Positions 1 to 12,019 of a stretch of 64,000 nucleotides of DNA are shown in pieces. The position numbers and the translations under genes are program-made. Source of the stretch: Octopus vulgaris (Eukaryota); NCBI GenBank assembly GCA_951406725.2, contig OX597822.1, positions 93,186,001-93,250,000 of the forward strand, written 5' to 3'. The notes below the pieces were generated by a model. It was not told the DNA's origin. It saw nothing but the letters and a program-made list of their open reading frames with translations, and made no database searches. Positions within the stretch are counted from its first letter, which is position 1, and each line of letters opens with the position of its first letter.

Positions 1-85
1 GTCACTATTTCTTGCAGACACTCCAGTGACCTCTCACGTGATCTGAAGGCTTTTGAGGAACCTCAGCTTGGAAATGTTGGTTAAA

Positions 86-510
86 TTTATTTATGTCTTT
101 ATTGCCTACAGGGGGTTAAATATAGAGATAGAGGGGGCAAACAAGGACAGAGAAAGGGACTGAGTCGATCACATCGACCCCAGTGCATGACTGGTACTTA
201 TTTAATCGACCCCGAAAGGATGAAAGACAAAGTCGACCTCGGCAGAATTTGAGCTCAGAACGTGACGGCAGACGAAATACCTATTTCTTTACTACCCACA
301 AGGGGCTAAACACTGAGAGGACAAACAAGGACAGACAAACGGATTAAGTCGATTACATCGATCCCAGTGCGTAACTGGTACTTAATTTATCGACTACGAA
401 AGGATGAAAGGCAAAGTCGACCTCGGAAGAATTTGAACTCAGAACGTAGCGGCAGACGAAATACCGCTAAGCATCTCGCCCGGTGTGCTAACGATTCTGC
501 CAGCTCGCCG
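86..510 (-). mobile_element. Two tandem copies of tRNA-derived SINE family A (Meta-domain-like core)
   Basis: Minus strand reads GGCGAGCTGGCAGAATCGTTAGC...GAGTTCAAAT (A/B-box-like head), then a core similar to GCCTTTCATCCTTTCGGGGTCGATAAATTAAGTACC. The same sequence recurs many times in the window. Confidence 0.85.
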
Positions 511-719
511 GTTGCGCAGCACTGTTCTAAATGTTCGAACTCAATATCTATAAGAACACCACAAGTCATCTAACGGATTCAAAACGTTATAGGTATTGAT
601 CCTGGAAAATTAATGAGAGCTATCGCCAACGAACTTCAGATTTCGGGATGAATTATCAGAACTATGGTGCTCGAAGACATTCATTAAAAGTCGTATACAG
701 TGAGATACTAATTCATGTT

Positions 720-813
720 TCGCACTGGGGTCGATATAATCGACTTAATCCGTTTGTCTGTCCTTATTCGTCCCCTCTGTGTTTAAGCCCCTTGTGGATA
801 GTAAAGAAATAGG
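720..813 (+). mobile_element. SINE family A 3' fragment
   Basis: Matches the 3' half of the copy at 283-510, in the opposite orientation. Confidence 0.75.
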
Positions 814-1183
814 TATGCCGCGAGGTGTACCACAATGTGACCTGAATATAATTTTTTTCCCCTATTCTTTTAGTTAAACTTTTAGTTCAAGTGAGCTGCT
901 GAATTTTGAAAAGAACATAAGTGTACCGCAAGTGAAAAAATGGTTGGGGGGACCGGTTTAGAATATTTGTTTCTTTTTGATACAGCAAAAACATTCACAA
1001 CAGAGACATACAGCTCCACCCCGAACTTTGTATACGAAAGATCTGGTTACACTTAGAGAGTTGGAAATTTCTACATTTATGACAACAATAACTGCGTGAC
1101 TTTTTATTATTTTGCATTAACATTTTAGCTGGCCTCGGGGCATCTGGAAGAAATAAACTCCTTTTAATTGATTTAAAGAGAGT

Positions 1184-1184
1184 A

Positions 1185-1245
<61 letters not shown>

Positions 1246-1258
1246 CATAATAATAATC

Positions 1259-1317
<59 letters not shown>
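1184..1317. repeat. (AAT)n microsatellite
   Basis: Direct reading. Confidence 0.95.
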
Positions 1318-1343
1318 TAATTAATTCCAAATGAATACTTATA

Positions 1344-2565
1344 TTGGGTTGACAACTAAGTTCCCGCCGTTTTTTTTAAAATTAAAATTTTAAAAAGGTA
1401 AATAAAAAAAATAACAACTAATTAATGAATAATGTATTCATCCTTGTTGTTTACAAATTCTTCCCAACTTTCAACGAGATTTCCAATACCTCGTTGGTAG
1501 AAATCACCCGATTTTGACTCGAAAAATTGATCCAACCAAGCGCTCAATTCTACATCAGTATTGAACGAAACTCCGCGCATAGCATTTGAAAGAGATCGAA
1601 AGAGGTGGAAATCTGTTGGTGCCAAATCAGGAGAGTACGGCTGGTGTGGCAGCACTTCCCAGCCATGCGCTTGAATAGCTTCCTTGGTCATATTGGCGAT
1701 ATGAGGGCAGGCGTTGTTGTGCAGCAGAAGAACTCCATGCTGCCGATTAGGTCTTTTCTCTTGAATAGCCGTGTTGAATCGTTCCATCTGTTAAACATAG
1801 TGTTCCGCGTTGACCGTTTGGTTCCATTCAAGCAATTCGTAATGGATAATCCCTATCCAGCCCCATCATACGCACAACATCGTTTTACGCGGATGAAGAT
1901 CTTGTTTCACGCGAGGTGTAGCTTGTTTACCGGGGCTACGCCATTCCTTACGCTGCTTCATATTGATGTACAGGCACCAATTTTCGTCGTCAGTAAGGAT
2001 TCGGTAAAGAAGTCGTTGCCTGTGTCCATGAGTTGAGCGGTAACAAGCAAGCAAACCAGCGGAGACTGTGGCTCGTTGATTTTTATTAAAGAATGCGGAA
2101 CCCATGCTCCATACTTCTGAACCTTTCCCACCGAGTGAAGATGTTTCTCTATAGCAGTGTGGGAGCATTCCATTTTCTCTGCCAGTTCCCTTGTCGTTTG
2201 TCGAGAATTTTCGTGCAAAAGTTGGTTTAATCGCTCTGCATCGAACTCAACTGGACGGCCAGAACGAAGTGCGTCTTTGATGTCAAAATTTTCAGTTTTG
2301 AATTTGGCATACCAGTCACGACCCGGTTCTTTCAGCTATGGCACCCTCTCCATACACAGCACAAATGTCGCGCGCTGCTTTTGCGACCTTAGAACCTTGA
2401 TTGAAAGCAAAAAGAAGGAGGTGTCGAAAATGCCCGTTTTATCTTAACTTGACATTCCAGTTTAATGATCTGAAAATAAACAAAAATTAACTAAATTAAC
2501 TAAATTAAAGCAAAATAGATTCCAAAATTTTTTTTAAACGGCGGGAATTTAGTTGATCTATGCAA
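1344..2565 (-). mobile_element. Full-length but frameshifted mariner (DD34D) transposon
   Basis: Imperfect TIRs (TTGGGTTGACAACTAAGTTCCCGCCGTTT and its partner at about 2536-2565) flanked by TA. Split ORFs carry HFRHLLLFAFN, WVPH, TDDENW, HNNACPH and YSPDLAPTDFHLF mariner motifs. Confidence 0.92.
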
Positions 2566-2909
2566 TATGTATCGTGAAAGAAGAGCTGAGTATAAGTTAC
2601 ACTTCACCGGAGGCGATTGCGAGAAACAGATTGACCTTTAAACCCATCCCCCTCACCTTCCTATCTTGCTGGGCGGCTGATAAAAGACAAAGCCATTTTG
2701 GAAGGTTTTGTGCTTTGGAAAGTTTTCTTTCTCTTAAAAATTTGCCGCGTAGGGTAAATCAGAAAATGGGTTGATCAGTTCCTTATGGTTCTGGTCAATT
2801 AAGAAAGAGGGCAGAGTAATACAATGATCAAAAACAAACTCTTTTAAAAAGATATAAAACACAACTTGGGCGAAAAAGAGGAGGAGGAGGAAGAGCAACA
2901 ACAACAATA

Positions 2910-3123
2910 ATGGTTTCAAATTTTTGCACAAGGCCAGCAATTTCGAGAGAGGAGGTAAGACTATTACATCGACCCCAGTGCACAACTGGTACTTATTCTA
3001 TCGACCCCGAAAGGATGAAAGGCAAAGTCAATATCGGCGGAATTTGAACTCAGAACGTAAAAACGGACGGAATATTGCCAAGCATGTTACCTGGTGTGCT
3101 AACAATTATGTCAGCTCACCGCT

Positions 3124-3125
<2 letters not shown>
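2910..3125 (-). mobile_element. SINE family A variant
   Basis: Same core as 283-510. Confidence 0.8.
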
Positions 3126-3200
<75 letters not shown>

Positions 3201-3385
3201 AAGAAGAAGAAGAAGAAGAAGAAGAAGAAGAAGAAGAAGAAGAAGATGAAGAAGAAGAAGAAGATGAAGAAGAAGAAGAAGATGAAGAAGAAGAAGAAGA
3301 AGAAGAAGAAGAAGAAGAAGAAGATGAAGATGAAGAAGAAGAAGAAGAAGAAGAAGAAGAATGATGATGAGGATGATGATAATAA
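3126..3385. repeat. Compound (AAT)n-(AAG)n-(GAT)n microsatellite
   Basis: Direct reading. Confidence 0.95.
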
Positions 3386-3388
3386 GTT

Positions 3389-3890
3389 CCCTGATGCATT
3401 ACCAGGTAGTGGCTCTCACGGCTTCTGATCTTAACTGATTGGAAAGTGTTATCATGTACATTGTTTTGTCTAGGTATAAAAGATGGGCTACAGCAAATAT
3501 TCTGCTCAATACCACAGATTTGCCCGTCAGTTGTTTGACCTTAATCTGTTGAGCATGTCCCTTAATGGCTGACGATATGTGCATCTCTGATCACGAGCAG
3601 AAGTAGTTGGGGAGCATCATAGCCATGTGTTGAGAGGGATTCTTTGGGGTTTGAATAATTCGCCTCTGGAAACATGTCTGTTTCGTTCATCATCCTGAAA
3701 CCTTATTCATGGACCTTTGGAGTAGGCAGGGCTACTCGACCTGAAGAAGATAACTGAGACTCACCCGCAAGTTCATCCGCTGTTTATCTTGATATGAGAT
3801 CAGCGTATCACGCACATATGGTTGTGATGCATGTGCCTGGTGCAACCTTATTATGGGTATATTTATACCCCAGTGTCGCTTTGATGGCAT
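3389..3890 (+). mobile_element. Non-coding interspersed repeat family D (about 555 bp), 3'-incomplete copy
   Basis: Highly similar to 9120-9674. Confidence 0.8.
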
Positions 3891-3894
3891 AAAG

Positions 3895-4075
3895 ATTGGT
3901 ACAAATGTAAACATGGAACACCTACTAAAATCATCCTTGCTTGGAACTGCAAGAATTCTTCGCAGGGTTCTTGAAGCATGACCATTTAACAAATGTCATC
4001 TTAGTCGGCTAGCTGTCGACAGCTAACACTTTTCATCATACAACAGCAAGATAGGCTGGGCGTTTTCAGCAAACA
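3895..4075 (+). mobile_element. 3' end of an R4/Dong-type RLE retrotransposon
   Basis: Reads EHLLKSSLLGTARILRRVLEA*, homologous to the LLGTANILRRTL C-terminus of the element at 4808-9046. Confidence 0.7.
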
Positions 4076-4108
4076 ACAACAACAGCAATGATAAATAAAT
4101 AAATAAAT

Positions 4109-4241
4109 AAATAAATAGAAGAGTGCCATATCATGTGAAATTGGTTGAAGCTGTGGAAATTTTTGAACCTGGGGAAGTCACGCTACATGCTGAAATATCG
4201 TTCAACCAATTTCACATGATATGTCACTCTTCTATTTATTT
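4109..4241. repeat. 41-bp inverted repeat enclosing a degenerate minimal hammerhead motif
   Basis: Arms 4109-4149 and 4201-4241 with one mismatch. Enclosed/overlapping motif TTGAAC-CTGGGGA-...-GAAAT-ATC-GTTCAA at 4163-4205. Confidence 0.75.
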
Positions 4242-4282
4242 GTGTATAACTTCTGGATGAGTTACCTCGGTCCTATATAGTC

Positions 4283-4358
<76 letters not shown>

Positions 4359-4369
4359 TAATAATAATA

Positions 4370-4706
4370 TGGGGGAGATTCATAGCCATGTGTTGAGAGG
4401 AATTCTTTGAGGCTTGAATAATTCACTTCAGGAAATATAGGTGTTTCGTTCATCATCATTAAACAACCCTTATTTAGGGACCTTTCGAGCAGGATGGGCA
4501 CCTCAATCTGAAGAAAATTCTAGCTGGGCCCCACCTGCAAGGTCATGTGCTGTTTATCTTGATATGAGATCACTATGTCACGCACATATGGTTGTGATGC
4601 ATGTGCCTGGTGTATCCTTATCAGACGGGTAGTCATGATGGGTATACTGGGCATCGTATATTTTACCCCAGTGTCACTTTGATGGCATGCACTGCTCTCT
4701 TACTCA
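4370..4706 (+). mobile_element. Family D repeat, 5'-truncated, in (AAT)n
   Basis: Matches the 3' part of 9120-9674. Flanked by trinucleotide microsatellites. Confidence 0.8.
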
Positions 4707-4748
4707 GTAATGATGATGATGATGATGACGACGACGACGACGACGTTG

Positions 4749-4807
<59 letters not shown>

Positions 4808-4810
<3 letters not shown>

Positions 4811-7800
4811 GGGGAACGTTTAACATGTGAGAGCGATAAAGCAGTGCTCCGAAATCTATCCACAAACATCGGAAACAAAGACACCGCATAGAGCCAAAAA
4901 ATAACTGACAAAGGATTGAACTATATCCGAGTAAGTAATACTCATTGAAATTTACTGCTATTTTCCAACCGAAATGATGTATTTTAACTCGATATCATCT
5001 CCAACCATGTAAACATGCTTGATACATTACGATCCATCAACAACAGATCATCTCCGGCCCCAAACACCATGTACAAAAAAGCTACGAATAAATTAAATAA
5101 TACCGGTATTATTCAACCCAAGAATAACAATCGGGAAGTACGTACTTTAAATTTGTTACACAAAAAGTACGAAAAACTACACGTGCAAAACAGTGACAAC
5201 AGAAATGAACGGACCGGTACCCTACGAAAATGACGACCGTCAAAATAATGGGCCGGACGTTGTTCCTCATGTACCTCAAATAAAACCAAAAAGGCATAAA
5301 TGGACACGTGAGGAATATATTTCAATCCTACACGCTTACTTTACAGCAGTGCTCTACCCAAAGAACGAAAACACAACAACATATACATATAAAATATGGA
5401 AGAAAAACAAAGACTTGAATACAGCAATGAACCCTAATAAACTAGCTAACGTACGAAGATACATTCTCAACGCAAAAAAAAATATCAGAAATAGAAATAG
5501 AACATTTAAAAGAAAAAATACATCAGGAAAATGTAGATAGAAGCCACACAACAATGCCAAATAATATAAACACTGAGATAGTAAAACACGAAGACAAACG
5601 TAACATTTCCAACAAAAACTATGTAACCAAAAAAAAAAAAACAACAACAAACAGAGACCGCAAGGATGCATAATAATGCATGACAAGCAGCAAGTCAAAA
5701 TACGACAGACAAACATACGAATGAGAAAGAAAGCGACACAAATCTAAAACCTGGAAACAACGAAGGGGAGTCTAATGATTAAGATACTATAAAAAGTAGA
5801 ATAATCAAAGAACGGAAAAACACAGATCTCAAAATGGACCACCGACCATACCTCCCCAAAATCAAAATAGACAAAATAACAACATCAATTATAAACAGCA
5901 TAAACCTAGCCGTCACAGAACTAATAGCCACTGAAACAAATAGCGATATCACTGAGCTAAATGACTTAGTATATGCAGCAGCCAACGCAGCCACAAAAGA
6001 TACTGTATATTCCCTCAAACCCAACCAAACAGGAGTACCAGCACCCAAACAAACCCTGTGGATAAATAACATCCAAAAAAATGTTTTTAATGAGAAAAGA
6101 TCTGTCGATTCTTAATGAAACCAGTAGACAATCATCGCTACTAAGCACAAAAAGAAAACAAAAATACTGTGCAAATACAACAGCACAGAAAAAGATTTAC
6201 CTGAGATAAAAGAAAAGCTAAAGCAAGATATCCTTGCCAAAGCACAAAGGATCCGTCGGTATGAGAAACGCCAACGTTTCTTTGAACAAAGCAAATAGTT
6301 CAACTCCAACCCCCAAAAGTGCTATCAAGAACTTGGCAAAAATAAAATAGACATCACTGCAGCACCAACGACTGAAGAAGTGGAAGAATTATGGAAAGAA
6401 ATATGGTTGGCGAAAGAACAACAAAAAAAAAAGGAGTATTAAAGCAACAAACTCAGCATCTGAGCAACTTTGGACCCCATAACATTTGAAGAGGTCACCC
6501 AGGCACTGCAAAGACTAAGCAACTGGAAGGCACCTGGGCATGACAAGATCCCCAACTTCTGGTTTAAATATCTGACAGGAATGCACAAAAAGCTGGCTGA
6601 AAACTGTAACAACATACTGGCAGAGCCAGAGACAATGCCTGAATGGCTCACGAAGGGGAAAAAACCATCTTAATTCCCAAATTCAATGAGACAGCAAAAC
6701 CAGAAAACTACAGACCTATAACCTGTCTCCCTACAATGTACAAAGCATTCACTGCAGTAATATCACAATGATTAAACAAACAACTGGACGAAAACAACCT
6801 GTTTCCAGAAGAGCAGAAAGGATGCCGCAAAGGCTCATATGGCTGTAAAGATCAACTAATGATCAATAAAGCCATAACTGAAGACAGCCACAGAAAGAAG
6901 AAAGGCCTCAGTATGGCCTGGATCGACTACAGAAAGGCGTTTGATAGCATCCCACACACATGGATCCTCGAAACACTAGCCATTAACAAAGTAGCACCAA
7001 CAATTATAAAATACATAGGATACTATGAATAAATGGCAAACAGTGCTACAGCTCCAAACAAAAGAGGGACTCGTGAAAACCAAAGCCATCCCCATTAGAA
7101 GAGGAATATTCCAGGGAGACATGCTCTCTCCACTCCTTTTCTGCTTGGCACTGTCACCTCTATCTGATATGCTAAATAGAACTGGATGCGGATATAAATG
7201 TTACAGCAAAACGATCAGCCACCTTTTATATATGGATGACCTAAAACTATACGCTACAAATGACAAACAGCTGGAAACACTACTAAAGACAGTTCATGGA
7301 TTCACCAAAGAAATAGATATGAAATTTGGATTAGAAAAATGCTTCAAAGTAACCTGAAAAGAGGAAAACTAGTTAAGAATAACAACATCACACTAGATAA
7401 AGCCAATGAAATAAGAGAATTAGACCAAAGCCAAACTTACAAATATTTAGGTATCCATGAACTAGATAAGACATAACACACACAAATGAAAGAGAAAATA
7501 AAGAAAGAATACTATAGACGAGTTAGATCAATACTAAAAACAGAGCTCAGTGCTAAAAACAAGATAATAGGTATTAACACTTTAGTCGTCCCAGTTATAA
7601 GTTACAGCTACAATATCCTTAACTGGACGCTAAATGAACTAACCAAAATAGATAGGAAAACAAGAAAAATAATGACAGGATCTAGGATGCATCACCCAAA
7701 ATCTGACATAGAAAGGCTATATATACAACGTATAGAAGGTGGTAGAGGCCTTATAAAGTTGGAAAACTACTATGAAATAACCACCATAGGACTGCAAAAA

Positions 7801-9046
7801 TGCCCACTTCAGAAGCAAGGAAAACTGATACAAATAGCGGCAAAACACGAGCAAATCAAAAAATTGTTCTCAGTATTTAAGGAAGCTGCCAAATACAATT
7901 AAGAAATCATACACCTAACAAAGAAGAAGAAGAAGAAGAAGAAGAAGAAGAAGAAGAAGAAGAAGAAGAAGAAGAAGAAGAAGAAGAAGAAGAAGAAGAA
8001 GAAGAAGAAGAAGAAGAAGAAGAAGAAGAAGAAGAAGAAGAAGAAGAAGAAGAAGAAGAAGAAGAAGAAGAAGAAGAAGAAGAAGAAGAAGAAGAAGAAG
8101 AAGAAGAAGAAGAAGAAGAAGAAGACAACAAAAGCTATAAAGCAAATGAAATCAAAACTAAAACTAGAACAGCAACGGACCATGATCAAACGATGGCAAG
8201 AAAAGCCCCTTCATGGCAAGTACTGGGTTAAACAAAATTCAAAAGAAATAGACAAAGAAAAATCCCAGCAGTGGTTGAGAAGCTCAGGACTCAAAGCAGA
8301 GACAAAGGGATTTTTAATTGCAGCACAAGACCAAAGCCTCCCCACCAGAAATTACCAAAAACATATAATGAAAAGAAATATAAGTAACTGCAGAATATGT
8401 GGAGATGGACAAGAAACAATAAATCATATTATCTCTGGCTGCCCAGTCCTGGCTAAGAAAGAATATATTCACAGACACGACAGAGTTGGGACCTACATAC
8501 ACTGGAAGCTATGCCAACATTATGGAATAACAACAGAAAAAAGATGGTATAGGCACACACCAGAAAAGGTCACAGAAAACGAGAAAGCAACCATACTCTG
8601 AGTTATGCCAAAACACACAGATAGAGAAATTAAGGCCAACAGACCAGATATAGTTGTCAGAGATCATGAAGAAAAAAATGCTTTCTAATTGATGTATCAA
8701 TACCAGCAGATGACAACGTGTCTCTAAAAGAAATGGAAAAACTTTCAAAATACAATGACCTGGAAATAGAGGTAACTAGAATGTGGAATCTAAAAGCAGA
8801 AACAATTCCTATCATAATTAAGTATGATAAAAAAATATTCAGACAAATAAATAAGAAAAACACCAGGACTTACAAACACATAACATACAGAAAATTGCAC
8901 TACTAGGCACTGCAAACATCCTACGCAGAACACTTTCAATACAGTAACCATCAGAGCATCACAACAAATCACAGCACATACCCAAGGCACACAGAGCTGC
9001 GCTCGGTAGTGAAGTGAAAGCACGTTATAAAAATAAAACTACTGAA
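4808..9046 (+). mobile_element. Near full-length R4/Dong-clade non-LTR retrotransposon (RT plus restriction-like endonuclease), disrupted by stops and frameshifts
   Basis: N-terminal KWTREEY (Myb-like). RT motifs WKAPGHDKIPNFWFK, YRPITCL, EQKG, WIDYRKAFDSI, RGIFQGDMLSPLLF, HLLYMDDLKL, YKYLG, GGRGL. CCHC finger CRICGDGQETINHIISGC, then RHD and RPDIV. Flanked on both sides by (AAT)n, the reported Dong target. Confidence 0.93.
7921..8124 (+). repeat. (AAG)68 expansion inside the retrotransposon ORF
   Basis: Perfect 204-bp run, in frame with ORFs 7486-7902 and 8146-8601. Confidence 0.92.
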
Positions 9047-9054
9047 TGATGATG

Positions 9055-9119
<65 letters not shown>

Positions 9120-9120
<1 letters not shown>

Positions 9121-9673
9121 CCCTGATGCAGTACCAGGCAGTGGCTCTCATGGCTTCTGATCTTAACTGATTGGAAGTGTTATCATGTACATTGTTTTGT
9201 CTTGGTATAAAAGATGGGCTACAGCAAATATTCTGCTCAATACCACAGATTTGCTTGTCAGTTGTTTGACCTTAACCAGTTGAGCATGTCCCTTAGTGGC
9301 TGACGATATGTGCATCTCTGATCACAAGCAGAAGTAGTGGGGGACCATCATAGCCATTTGTTGAGAGGGATTGTTTGGGGTTTGATTAATTCACCTCTGG
9401 AAACATAGGTGGTTCTTTCAACATCCTTAAACAACCCTTATTCAGGGACCTTTTGAGCGGGATGGGCTACTCAACCTGAAGAAAATTCTAACTGGGCCCC
9501 ACCTGTAAGGTCATGTGCTGTTTATCTTGCTATGAGATCACCATGTCGCGCACATATGGTTGTGATGCATGTGCCTGGTGTACCCTTATCAGACGGGTAG
9601 TCATGTTGGGTATATTGGGCTTCTTATATTTTACCCCAGTGTCACTCTGATGGCATGAACTGCTTTCTCACTC

Positions 9674-9674
<1 letters not shown>
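9120..9674 (+). mobile_element. Full copy of non-coding family D repeat embedded in (AAT)n
   Basis: Four copies in the window (3389, 4370, 9120, 63270), each next to trinucleotide microsatellites. No ORF. Confidence 0.8.
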
Positions 9675-9742
<68 letters not shown>

Positions 9743-9744
9743 CC

Positions 9745-10460
9745 TTTCTACAATAAGATGGATGCCTGAAATTTTGGAAGAGGCGGTGAGTCGATTACAT
9801 TGACCCCAGTGCTTAGCTGGTATTTATTTTATCGACTCCGAAAGAATGAAAGGCTAAGTTGACCTCAGCGGAATTTGAATTCAGAATGTCATGAGTCGGA
9901 AGAATTACCGTTAAACATTTTGTCCGGCATGCTAACGATTCTTCGCAGAAAATAAAAATGAAAAGCCGGATTTTGCTAAAGTTGTCTGCCGAAGTCTCAT
10001 GGAAAAGGAAAACAGCTTATTTGTTGCGGTTGGTCAAAAACGTAACAACGAAACAATAACAAAATCTTGAAACAAAACCTTGAAGATTTTTTGAGAAATA
10101 GTTTTTCACAAGCATAACTTCTGTTGAATGAAAGAGAAATACAAAGAAATGAAGGTAAAAAAGAGAGGAACAAGACTACTTCTGTTCTTTCTCACGAGGC
10201 TTGGGACTTGCAGGGGCAGCTATTCCGAAACTTCAACAATAATAATAATAGTTTCAGATTTTGGCCCATGGTTAGCAATTCTGAGGGAAGTACAAATCGA
10301 TTACATCGATCCGCCCCTGTACTCAACTGGTGCTTATTTTATCGGCCCCGAAATGATGGAAGCAAAGTTGACTCCGGCGTAATTTGAACTCAGAACGTAA
10401 AGACGGACGAAATGCTGCTAAGCTTTTTTGCCCGGCGCGGTAACGATTCTGCCAGCTGGG
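9745..10460 (-). mobile_element. Two decayed SINE family A copies (about 9745-9945 and 10250-10460)
   Basis: Core and head similarity to 283-510. Confidence 0.7.
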
Positions 10461-10846
10461 ATCTTAATAATAACAACAACAACAACATCAACAACAACAT
10501 CATCATCATCATCAACAACAACAACAACAATTATAATAATAAAGATAATGATAATACCTAAACTGCATGTTAACTTGGTCTTCGTGTAAATCCCGGGATC
10601 TTTTTGGTCGACGTCGTTGTTAATATTGGTAACGATGATGATGATGCCGGTGGTGGTAGTAAGGCTTCGTAGCTTTTTCACGTAACGTGACGGGTGAAGA
10701 GAAGGACTTATGCTTATGTAAATATAATATAAATATATATATATATCTATATCTATATATCTATATGTATATATACATGCGTGTGTGTATGTATGTATGT
10801 GTGTTTATGTAAGTATAAGAGGAACGGAGGTATGCATGTATGTGCG

Positions 10847-10895
<49 letters not shown>

Positions 10896-11487
10896 GAATA
10901 GGTAGATAGATGGATGGATAGATAGGTTAATAAGTTGACTCTAAACACAAATTAAGTTTGAGAAACAAGAGAAAGAACGGAAAGAGAATATATAAAAAGG
11001 TGGGAAAATCTTTCAAAACCCCCTATAAGTAAAGAAGAAACCAACAGGAAGAAAAAAATAATCAAACGAAGAGATGACACACATACATACATATATACGT
11101 GAAATGGCAGATGGAAGACGACGGTGTCAACTGCTTTCATATATATACATATATATATATATATTATATATATGTATATTTAATGTGTGTATATGTGTGT
11201 ATGTATTAAGTTGTACATGAGGCGAGAGATCGTAAAAAAAATGTCTGCTGCTGGGTTATATATTTCCTAGAGTGACTGACAGATAAATTGACTGATTGCA
11301 CCTATGTGAGCAGACGACAAGAAAATAGTTGCAGGCGACTCTACCGCCGCCTCCGCCGCTTTCTTCACTAAGTATGACGAGGTGGGTTATGGCGGAGGTT
11401 TTTTTTTTTTTACTTTCTTTTTATCGTTCTCGATAAAATTGTTGCAGACTAGGTCGTAGCAACCGGTATGTGTGCATGGGCGTGCAC

Positions 11488-11532
<45 letters not shown>

Positions 11533-11650
11533 CATGTATGTATGTATGTATGTATGTATGTATGTATGTATGTATGAATGTATGTATATATATATGTATG
11601 TAGGTATATGCGAAGGCTAGACAGGCATCTCAGCTAGCAGGACTCACTAT

Positions 11651-11696
11651 CCTGGACTGATGACGGGTAAGACCCAGAAACATGTATGTCTTCAGG
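11651..11696 (+). ncRNA. Type I hammerhead ribozyme motif (Penelope pLTR/retrozyme-like)
   Basis: CCTGGA-CTGATGA-CGGGTAAGACCCA-GAAA-CATGTAT-GTC-TTCAGG. Stem I is CCTGGA/TTCAGG (one G-U), stem II is GGGT/ACCC, GUC triplet at 11688-11690. Stem I extends with bulges over about 11630-11712. Confidence 0.8.
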
Positions 11697-11860
11697 TGTG
11701 AATCCTAGCTGGTGGGGGTGCTTGCCCCCCCCCCCCCTTCGCAAATATAAGGACACAGGAAATGTGTCAAAGCCGAGAGGAAGCGTCGATGCTTCCTAGG
11801 GCTAAACAGCGGTGGTGTAATTCTCTTACGGGACTGTCACGTTATGTTGACAGTATACAA

Positions 11861-11953
<93 letters not shown>

Positions 11954-12019
11954 TAAGGGTGAGAGAATTAGATACTAATTTAATAGTATATCTAATATAT
12001 ATATATATATATATATATA

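Noticed and set aside
9465-9510. CTGAAGA in family D as a hammerhead
   Set aside because: No suitably placed GAAA-stem III-NUH with a pairing stem I was found.
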